A program made the position numbers and the translations under genes. Below the pieces are notes generated by a model. It made no database searches, was not told the DNA's origin, and was given only the letters and a program-made list of their open reading frames with translations. A stretch of 64,000 nucleotides of DNA from Lingula anatina (Eukaryota > Animalia > Brachiopoda), in contig JBPQGU010000016.1 in assembly GCA_051362555.1 (NCBI GenBank), forward strand, positions 3,100,001 through 3,164,000, in the 5' to 3' direction. Below are positions 42,945 to 52,945 of this stretch, piece after piece (within the stretch, counting starts at the first letter, position 1; each line of letters begins with the position of its first letter).

Positions 42945-43821
42945 TAAAAAGTTTTTTGAAGCAATTAAAGATAATAAAGAAAAAGAAATATTAAAAAATA
43001 GTTACATTAACAATTTAGAATTTAAAAATTATATAAATAAATTAAATAAATTTAATTATGATTTTTCAAAAATAAATGAATTAAAAAGTTTATTATTAGA
43101 GTATCTTTATTCTTTTAATTTATGTAAAAATGTTGATTCTGAATGTAAACAAACATATAAATTTTTTAGAAAAAAATTAAAATTTTCTAAATATGGAGTA
43201 ACAACAATAGAATTAAAAAGATGTATACATCCAATTTATAATGAAAATTTTATTTTATCTAGTTTTATTGAAAGATCTTTTCCTAAGAATTGAATAATAA
43301 ATAAAGAATTAGATTTTAATATAAATTTAAGTAACACCAAACAAAAAACAATTTCATTTAATGATAATTTTAAAACAAATTCAAAAGATTTTTTAGTTGA
43401 AAATATTTATTTTTACAGTCAAAATAAAGAAGTTTATAGTAAAAAAGCAGCAGTAATAACTTGTATTCATTTAATAAAGAAGAAAAAAATTAAAGTTGCA
43501 TTTATTGATGAAAGAACTTTAATAATGAATATTAAAAATACATGAAAGACAAATTCTAATGATTTGTTTAAAAAATATTTTGAAATTGATTTATTAGTTA
43601 TTGATAATTTTGGGATGGGGAATTGTTCATCAAGTATTAGAGATGATTTTCTTTTTCCATTATTTTCTAAACGTTTTAATGAAAATAAAATAACTTTTAT
43701 TATTTCACCATATACAATGGATGAACTTGAAAATGTATTTCGTTTTTCAAATACAAAATTAGAAGTTTTAAGATCTTCATCATTTGTTGAAGTTATTAAA
43801 GATAATATGAAAAACAAATAA
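42937..43821 (+). CDS. dnaI: Primosomal protein DnaI-like helicase loader
   Basis: Cys/His Zn ligands, LLVIDNFG..SSIRDDFLFPLFSKR, TFIIS; follows dnaB. Confidence 0.72.
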
Positions 43822-43826
43822 TTAAT

Positions 43827-43860
43827 AAAAAAAGACTATAAATTTTTATAGTCTTTTTTT
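43827..43860. terminator. Bidirectional intrinsic terminator between dnaI and rpsD
   Basis: AAAAAAAGACTATAAA-T-TTTTATAGTCTTTTTTT hairpin with A/T tails between convergent genes. Confidence 0.85.
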
Positions 43861-43882
43861 AAAAAAATATATTTATTAAATA

Positions 43883-44482
43883 TTAAATAAATCTGTTGTA
43901 ATATTCATTAACTAAAGCTAAGTTAATATCATTTTTAATATCTTCTTTTTTTGGTTCTTTTATTAATTTAGCAGAAAAATTATTTTTATCTAATTCAATA
44001 AAATTAAAGTTTCCAGCTTTTTTAAATGATTCTTTTATTACTTCTAATTTTTTAATTTTATCTTTTTTAATAGTTACAATATCATTTACTTTTAAAATAA
44101 TTGAAGGAATAGAAGCTTTTTTATTATTTACAAGTATATGATTATGATTTACAAGTTGTCTTGCTGCTTTTCTTGTTGAAACTATACCCATTCTAAAAAC
44201 AATATTGTCTAATCTTTTTTCTAATGTTGCTAAAAGATTATCCATTTTATTACCTTTCATTTTAATAATCTTTTTAAAAAGATTTCTTAAAGGTTTTTCT
44301 GATAAATTATATCTATATTGTAATTTTTGTTTTTCTGATAATTGTAAACCAAAACCTGATTTTCTTGGTTGTCTTACAGGTCTTTTAGTTTTTTTTACTC
44401 TTACAAATTCTTTATGATTTTCTAAAATTGAAAAATTTAATTTTTTTGATTTTTTATAAATTGGTCCTAAGTATCTAGACAT
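43883..44482 (-). CDS. rpsD: 30S ribosomal protein S4
   Basis: MSRYLGP, QLSEKQK, LEKRLDNIVFR, ARQLVNH. Confidence 0.98.
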   Translation of the reverse strand: MSRYLGPIYKKSKKLNFSILENHKEFVRVKKTKRPVRQPRKSGFGLQLSEKQKLQYRYNLSEKPLRNLFKKIIKMKGNKMDNLLATLEKRLDNIVFRMGIVSTRKAARQLVNHNHILVNNKKASIPSIILKVNDIVTIKKDKIKKLEVIKESFKKAGNFNFIELDKNNFSAKLIKEPKKEDIKNDINLALVNEYYNRFI

Positions 44483-44551
44483 AATAATTTTTAATATTTT
44501 ATAATAATATTATAACTTGTTTATATTTAAATATAAATAATTTTTTTAAAT

Positions 44552-46222
44552 ATGTCTGCATTAACTATAACTATTATTTTTTTATTTATTTTTGTTTCAT
44601 TATTAAATTTTTTGTTTTTAATGAAATTAATTTTTGAAATAAATAAATTTAAAAAAATAAATAAATTTATAAATGAATTAGAAATTTTTAAATCTCCATT
44701 TTTTTTAAATAAATTGTTAGAAATTAAAAAATTTTCATTAAAAAATAAAGAATATTTAAAGATTTATAATTATTTATTTTATAAATATATAGATCTTATT
44801 GTTAAAAAAAATACATTAATTATAAAAAGATTTATTGAAGTTTTAAATATTGAAACAAAAAAAGAATCTTTAAATTTAAATATTATTGAAAATTCAAATA
44901 TATTTAATATTTATAATGATTTTGAAAAAAACAATGAATTAATTAATAAATATAGTGAAGAATTAAATATAACTTTTGCAATTGAAAATATTGTTTTTGA
45001 AAGAATAGATTTATTAAATTTAATTTTAGATAAATTATTTGAAGAATTATATAAATTAAATTTAAATTTTGAAATTAATATTGATTTTTTAAAAATTAAA
45101 ATAAAATTAATTTTAGAAAATTTAAGAATTTTTGAATCTGAAATTTATAAACTAAATTATTTTGAAATAAAAAAAAGATTATATGAAATGAATTATGAAG
45201 TAATTCATTTTTCTGAAAAATTAATTATTTGAATAAAAACTATTTCATTATTTGAATTATTAAAAGAAAAACAAAATGAATTATTAAATTTAATTGATTT
45301 AAATAAAAAACAAAATTATATTTCATTAATTCAAAAATTAAATAGAGAATTTCAAAAAACAAATATACAAATTTTTAATAAAATTTGTAATTTTGTCCCA
45401 TTTGAAACAAAAGATATATTATTAAATTTAATTTTTGATTTAGAAAATAAAATATATCAAGTAAAAAATATTGATAATTTAAATAAATTATTTGTTGATT
45501 CATTTGAATTTATAATTGATAAATTTAATATATTACAAACAGAATTTTTAAAATTTAATGATTTAATTCAAAATTTTGAATATAGTAATTTTTTTACTAG
45601 ATTTCAAAAAAATGAATTTAAAAATTTTAAAAAATTATTATTAGAAACTAAAAAAGAAATTGATTTTTTAATTATTGATAAAGAAGAAATAAATTTTAAA
45701 AACTTTTTAAATGAAGATTTATTAAAAATTGAACATTTATCTGATAATTTAATTATTTTGTTTAAAAATTTACCTAGAATGATTAATTTTTTTAATACTG
45801 AAAAAGAAAAAAACAATGAAATGTTTTTAACTTTATTAAATATTGAATCATTATTTTTAAAACCACAATATATTTATATTAAAAATATATTTTTTAATAG
45901 ATTTAATAAAATAATGAAAGATTTTTTGCTTTTTAAAAAAGAACAATTATCATCAAATGATCAACAAATAAATTTAATTTTTAAATACAATAATATTCTT
46001 TCAGAAATTAGAAATTTAAAAAAAGATATAAAAGAATCTATTTTTTTAAAAAGTATTATTGATGAATTATTTGTAAGAGTAAATAAATTTAGATTTAATA
46101 ATGATTTTAGTAGAAATAAAATTTTAAATGCTGAAATTATGTTTATTAAACATGATTTTAAAAATGTTATTTATAAATTAATAGATATTTATGAAAGTGA
46201 AACATTGATTTGAAATAATTAA
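44552..46222 (+). CDS. ezrA: EzrA-like septation ring regulator (556 aa, N-terminal TM + long helical repeats)
   Basis: Length, single N-terminal TM, coiled-coil body, VRVNKFR in place of the QYGNRYR patch, divergent from rpsD as in Firmicutes. Confidence 0.6.
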
Positions 46223-46327
46223 CATTTTATTTTTTAAATTAATAGTAGAACATTATAATGATAATAAGAAATGTAAAATTTATAATAAAAATATATAATT
46301 ATTAATAAATTATTAATAAATTTTTCT

Positions 46328-46401
46328 AGGAGTATAGTTTAATGGTAGAACAATGGTCTTCAAAACCATATGTGCGGGTTCAATTCCTGCTACTCCTGCC
46401 A
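46328..46401 (+). tRNA. tRNA-Trp(TCA), UGA-decoding
   Basis: AGGAGTA/TACTCCT acceptor, ATGGT-CTTCAAA-ACCAT anticodon arm, short variable loop, G73-CCA. Confidence 0.95.
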
Positions 46402-46419
46402 TTTCAAGGTTAAAAATAT

Positions 46420-49113
46420 TTATTTTAATTTAAATCCAAAAACTTCTTCTTCTTTTAAGAATAAATTTTCATCTTTTTCTTTTTCATTATAAATTTGTAA
46501 TTTAGGTTTTTCAATAATTGAAAAATCTACTTGATTTGTTTTTTTTATATTTATTGTATTAAAATAAAGTTTTAGTTTTTCATAATTTTTTATCAAATCT
46601 AAACGTTTTATATTAAAAGAATCTAATGATCCTGAATAAACTAAATTAAAATAAATATTTTTTGTTAAATTATATTTACTCATTCTTACAAAAAAATCAA
46701 ATATATCTTTAAAATTTTTATTTTTTTCTCTTTCTTTTTTTAAATTATTGTAAAAATTAATATTAATTTTTTTAATAATTATTAATGGTAAAAATATTTC
46801 GTTTTTTTTATTAATAAATTTAAAAATATTTCTATTTATACATGGTAGATTTATTAAAATATTATTTTTTTTTAATATTTTTAAATAACAATATGTTTTT
46901 TTATCATCACCAATAACACTGTTTAATAATTGAGTGAAAAATAAATTAAAATTTTTTGTTTTTAAATAAGCCATTCAGTATGAAATAAAAGAATAACCCA
47001 TTGCATGTGAACGATTAAAGCCATATTTAGCAAATTGTATTATTATTTTTCAAATTTTATTTATTAGTTCTTCTGAACGATTATTTTCTTTTGATTTTTT
47101 ATAAAAAATATTTTTAAAAGTGTCAAAAAGAATTTGGTTTTTTTTTGATATTGCTCTTCTTAATATGTCTGATTTTTCTGCAGATAAACCAGAAAAAATT
47201 TGAACCATTTTAATTATTTGTTCTTGAAAAATAGGAATTCCTTGTGTTTGAATTAATATTTCATAAAATTCAGGAATTAAATTTTTATATTTAATATTTT
47301 TATTTTTTCTTTCTAAAAAATCATCAATATATTTTATTGAGCCAGGTCTAAATAAAGAAATTGTTAATGCAATATCTTCTATTTCTTTAGGTTTTATTTT
47401 TTTTATCAATTCAGTCATTCCACTTGATTCTAATTGAAAAATACCTTTAGTTTTTCCTTCTTTAAGTAGTTGAAATGTATTATTATCATTTAATTTGATA
47501 TTTTCTAAATATTTATTTTTTTCATTATTAACATTTAATTTATTTAAAATATTTGAAATTAGTGTTAAATTTCTTAAACCTAAAATATCCATTTTAATTA
47601 AACCAAAATCTTTAATTAATTTCATATCCATTTGAATTATTGTATTTAAACCATCATTTCAAGTACCAGTTAAATAATTTAAATTTATATCTGAAATAAC
47701 TATACCTGCTGCATGAATTCCTTGTTGTCTTGGAAATCCAATAATTTTTTTTACATATTTAAATAGATTTGGAAATTTTTCTTTTTTGTATCTTAATTCT
47801 ATTGAATTTTCTAAATTTTTCTCTAAATTATCAGCATAAAATAAAGATATTTTTTTTGTTATTTCAGATATTTCATTTAAATTTATACCCAAAGCTCTAC
47901 CAACATCTCTTATAGCTAATTTAATTCCTATTTTTTGAAAAGTACTTATTAATCCAACATTATTATTTTGATATTTATTAAATATATATTTAATTACTTC
48001 ATTTCTTTTATTATCTTGAAAATCAGTATCAATATCTGGAAGTTCTATTCTTTCTTTGTTTAAAAAACGTTCAAATAAAAGATTATATTTTATTGGATCT
48101 ATTTTTGTAATATTTAAAAGATAACAAATTAAACTACCAGGTGCAGATCCTCTTCCTGGTCCTACAATAATTTCATTTTTAATTGCAAAATCAATATAAT
48201 TTTTTACTATTAAAAAATAATTAGAAAAGTTTTTATCTTTTATTAATTTTAATTCTTTGATTAATCTTTTTTTATAACTTTTATTAAGTTTTAATTCTTT
48301 TAATTTTTTAAAACAAATATTTTCTAATGTTTTATAAGGATCTAAATTTAAATTATTGTTTAAATTATTTAATCGTAATTTTTTTTCTATTGGTATTTCT
48401 AAATTTATTTTTGATATTAATTCATTTTGATTTTTTATTAGAATTTTTTTTATATTTTCATTGTATTCATTGAATGTTTCAAAAAAAGAAAAAATATTTA
48501 AATTATTTTTTAATATTTTTTCTGGATTTTTTATTTTTTGTAAAATTTTAAAAAATTCTTTTTCTGAATTTTTTAAAACTGTTACAGATTTAAAATCAAT
48601 TAATTTTATTTCTTTATCTTTTAAAATATTTTTAAATAAATTATTTTCTGTTTTTTCATTTTTTCCTCAATATAAATCTTTTAAAAAAATAAGTTCTTTT
48701 TTTATTTCAAAAAAATTATTTAGATTTATATTTTTATTTAATGAAACAATTACAATGATATCTTTGTAATTTTGTTTTAAATATTCTATTTTTATTTCTT
48801 TATTATTTATATTCATTGAAATAGATGATAAATAATTCATATTTTTATATCCATCTATTTTTTTTGGTAATATTGTTATTTCTATATTTCTATTTTTTAT
48901 TTTTATATTTGAAAATGTTGTTCCTATTATTGGTTTTAATGAATTTTGTTTACATAATTTAAAGAATTTATATATACCAAAAACTGATTCTTTAGATAAT
49001 AGTGGTGCAATTTCTATTTTATTTTCTTTTAAAAATTCAATATATTTTTTAAACGATATAGTTGAATTTAAAAAATTATAATATGAATAAACTTTTAATG
49101 GTATTTGTTTCAT
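46420..49113 (-). CDS. dnaE: DNA polymerase III alpha subunit (DnaE type)
   Basis: GPGRGSAPGS, LLFERFLN, PDIDTDF, HAAGIVI, KMDILGL, GIFQLES, YGFNRSHA. Confidence 0.96.
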
Positions 49114-49761
49114 AATAATATTTTAATAAATATTAAATAAATTTATAGATATGTTTTTTATTATTTTCAATAAAAGTAAACATTTAAAAATATAAAATCT
49201 TAAGATTTAAAAATTAAATTTTAAAAATTTATAATGATTATTAAAAAATATTTTTATATATCTAAATTTATAATCAAATAATTTTTATTAAAATATTTTA
49301 TTAATTTAAAGTAACAATTTTTATTATTTATAAATTTTTCCATAAATATTATTATTCATTTTTTTATTCATTTTAAAAATTACTATTTATATTATTTAAT
49401 TTATGGATTATAAAATTAATAAAACAATAAATTAAAATAATAACAATTTTTTAATATATTTTTTTAAATATTTATAAATTTATTTATTTTATAATTATAT
49501 TTTTTTTAATTTTTATATATCTATTATTTTTTTAATTTTTATTTTTTTTTGTTATTATATAAGTAATTAATTTATTTTTTATAATAAATATTTATAAAAT
49601 TTATAATAATAAAAATTTAACTAAAAAATATATTTTATAAACATTATAAAAAACAATAAAAAAAAATTTGTATATTAAAATAAATTAATTATATAATTAT
49701 TTTAAATATTTAAAAAAACTATAAAGTTTTTTAAAATTAAATAAGAGGAGATATAAAAAAA
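49114..49761. promoter_or_regulatory. ~650-bp extremely AT-rich divergent intergenic region; ends in a hairpin (49711-49733) and strong RBS AAGAGGAG
   Basis: Almost no G/C; AAAAAACT-ATAA-AGTTTTTT inverted repeat; RBS at 49743-49750. Confidence 0.5.
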
Positions 49762-51702
49762 ATGAATAGTAAAAATAAAATTAGAGATATTTCTTTAGCT
49801 ATATCTTTATTAGGTATTGTTGGTTTAACAGTTGGACTTATTGTTGTTTCAAATCAAAAAACTCAATCAAGTGAAGACAAATTAACAACTTCATCAAATA
49901 AATTTATGGATTTATTTACTAAAGAAGTATTAAATAGTGATGAAGTTTTATCTAAAATTTCTGATGTTAAATTAATAGATAAAGCAGGTTATGAAAGCAC
50001 AGCAGATGATAATAAAATTAAAGTATTAAAAGAAGAAATTATTGAAGTTGCAAAAACTAAATTAAATGATTTACTTGATTCAAATGTAATTGATAATAAA
50101 GATGAATATACATCAGCTTTAAAATTAATTAAAGATAAATTTACATTAGATATAGTAAAAAATATAATTGGTTATAAAAAAACTGGTACTGATGATGAAA
50201 CTGGTATTTTTAAATCTGAAAAAGAATTTGTTACAAAATATAAAAAATTATTAGAAGATTGATTAAAAGGATTTTCAAATAATCAAAAATTAATGTGATT
50301 AGCAGATGATACAAAAAAAGCATTTAAAAATGATTTAAATACATTAAAAAATAGTTTTCAAGCTTTTGTAGATCGTGCATCATTTGAATATTATGAACTT
50401 GATACTTCAAATGACATTAAAAAAGGTGATGAAGGAATTAAATTAGATGGTACAAAATCTACTAAAGCAGAAAGTGATGATGATTTTGCATCAAGACAAG
50501 CATCATTTGATATATTGAAATTTTTTAAATTAAACAAAATAAAAAATGAAGACAAAAAATACATTAATAAAATTATTCAAGATAATTCATTTAATATTGA
50601 TTTAATTAAAAAATTATATGATGTTAAAACTGCAGATACAAAAGATGATGGTTCAGATTTTACAGTAAAAACAGAATTAACTGGTGATGATAAATGAGAC
50701 AAATTATTTGAAAAAGTTATTAAAAAAGTTTATTTTGAAAATAAAGAAACATTATTTTCTGGAACAGTTGATGCTGGAACATTAGATGCTGCTAATACAA
50801 GTGATGGTAATGCATATAAAATTTCATTTAAAAAAAGTGATTTAGAAAGTGTAAAAACATTAATTAATTCATTTAATGCAACTACAGCATCAATTTCTGG
50901 TACAGATGATGAATTGAGAAAAGATGCTATTAAAAAAGTTTGAGCAAAAGTAAAATTGATTGGTAGTTTTCAAGTTAATACAAATCATGCTAAATATACA
51001 AAATTATTAGGATATTTAACTTCAAAAATAGCTTTAACTAATACAATGGCAGGTACAATTTCAGCAGGTACAATTTCAGCAGAAAAAGTTAAATTATTAT
51101 TAAACTTTGTAATTGGTAAAGAATTATTAGGTTCAATTAAAATACCTACTTTAACAAAACCAGTAGATACAGAAATTGATGCAAATCCTAATGTTGTTGC
51201 AGTAAGAGCAATTTCAGATCAATATGTAACAACAGAAGGTATTGATTTTTCTGATTTTGTTGAAGCTAAAACAAAAATAGATAGTTTAGATGTGTCAGAT
51301 GCTAATGCTGCAAAAACAGTTGCAACAGCTGATAATGCTTCACAAGCAAAAATAAAAGGTGCAGTTTTATTAAAACTTACTTCAATTCCTGGTGGTGTTA
51401 ATAACAAAATTAGAATGATTTTTGCAAATGCTGTTAAAAATCATGCTGATTTTACAGTTGGATCATCAGATAAAAAAGTTCAATTCAATGATGCTATTAA
51501 AACTTCATTAAAATCAGAAATTGATAAATTAATTGAAAACAAAGATATTTCAGATGAATTAAAAGGTTCTATTAATATGAAAATAATTCAAGAAAAATTA
51601 ATGGAAGAATTTAAAAAAATTGATATTGTTTCTACATTAAAATCAGCTGATCTTGAAGGAGAAACTGGTCAATTAGTTGATGAATTAAAAAAAGTTAAAT
51701 AA
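49762..51702 (+). CDS. Membrane-anchored surface protein of unknown function (646 aa)
   Basis: Three ORF fragments join through TGA; N-terminal TM (ISLAISLLGIVGLTVGLIVV) without lipobox Cys; D/T/A/K-rich; strong RBS and terminator. Confidence 0.85.
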
Positions 51703-51723
51703 TTATTTTTTAATTTAATTTTT

Positions 51724-51755
51724 AAAGAACCCTATAATTATAGGGTTCTTTTTTT
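51724..51755 (+). terminator. Intrinsic terminator
   Basis: AAAGAACCCTATA-AT-TATAGGGTTCTTT followed by T-run. Confidence 0.9.
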
Positions 51756-51879
51756 ATTTTTTTAATTTTTATTTTTTTTAAATTTTGTTTTTATTTTTTA
51801 TTAAAATATAAAAAATTTAAATAATTTATTTTAAATTATTTAAAAAAATTTATAAAAAGTAAATTTATGAATTTATTTA

Positions 51880-52945
51880 TGAAATAATTATTTTTTTAAA
51901 TTAAAGTTTTATATAAAATTAATGAATTTAAATAAATAAAATTGATATAAAAATAAATAAGATTATTTTAATAAAATTAAATGTAAATTATTAAATTTGT
52001 AAAAGATAAATGCAATAATTTAATTTATGATTCAGTATTTAAATTAAAAATATAATTAAATTTTGATTAAAAATAAGCCAAATTATTTTAAAAAGTTTTT
52101 GAAAAAGTTTATTTTGAAATTAAAGATATAATTTTTGTTTGAAAAGTTAAAGAAACAATATTATCTAATTTTAACACTTTGGATGGTAAAGAATATATAA
52201 CTTGATTTATATAAAAAGTGATTTAAATGATTTAAAATATTTTTTTAAACTATAAACAACAATCATTTAAAAATTAATATTATGAAAACTATTTAAAATG
52301 TAACTAATGAAAAATTTAAAAAAGATTTATTTAAACAAGTTTGAATAAAAATAAAAATAATTTTAAATTTTAATTTTAATGTTATATTTATATTTAAAAA
52401 TATATTAAATCTAAAAATTATTAGGATATTTAAATTTAAAAGTTAATTTAAAAAATTTAAGTTATTATTTGATATTTTAATAGATTAGAAATTAAAGTTT
52501 TATTAGAAATTTTCATTGATAAAGAATTATATAAAATCAAAAAATAAATTTAAAAAAATTTCAAATAGTTATATAACATTAAAATAGTTATTGAATTATT
52601 TATTTTTATTAGATTTAAATCAATTGATTTAAAAAGTAAATTGTAGATGATTTTTAAAATTATTTATAAAATAAAAATTAATGAGATAATAAATTGTGTT
52701 TTAAAAACAAAAATAAATTGTGTATTTTGAAATAAAAAGAATTTCAATTTTAATTAGTATTGTTTAAAAAAATATAATTATTGCAAATAATATTAAAAAT
52801 CATATTTATTTTACAGTTGTAATTGATAAAAAAATTCAATTCAATACTGATAAATTTATTTAAAAAATTTTTTGATAAATTAATTTAAAAAGATATTAAA
52901 GACAGATTAAAATATTTTATTAATATGAAAATGATTCAAAAATTT
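51880..52945 (+). pseudogene. Decayed tandem paralog of the 3' part (~50510-51600) of the surface protein gene
   Basis: Collinear shared blocks: AAAAAGTTTATTTTGAAA (50723/52102), AAAATTATTAGGATATTTAA (51000/52414), TTAAAAATCAT..ATTTTACAGTTG (51434/52793), TATTAATATGAAAAT (51570/52918); stops and frameshifts throughout. Confidence 0.85.

Noticed and set aside
46328-46401. Selenocysteine tRNA (TCA anticodon)
   Set aside because: 74 nt with short variable loop and 7-bp acceptor; matches Mollicute tRNA-Trp(UCA)
49114-49761. Replication origin in the AT-rich gap
   Set aside because: No clear DnaA boxes (TTATCCACA) and no dnaA/dnaN nearby
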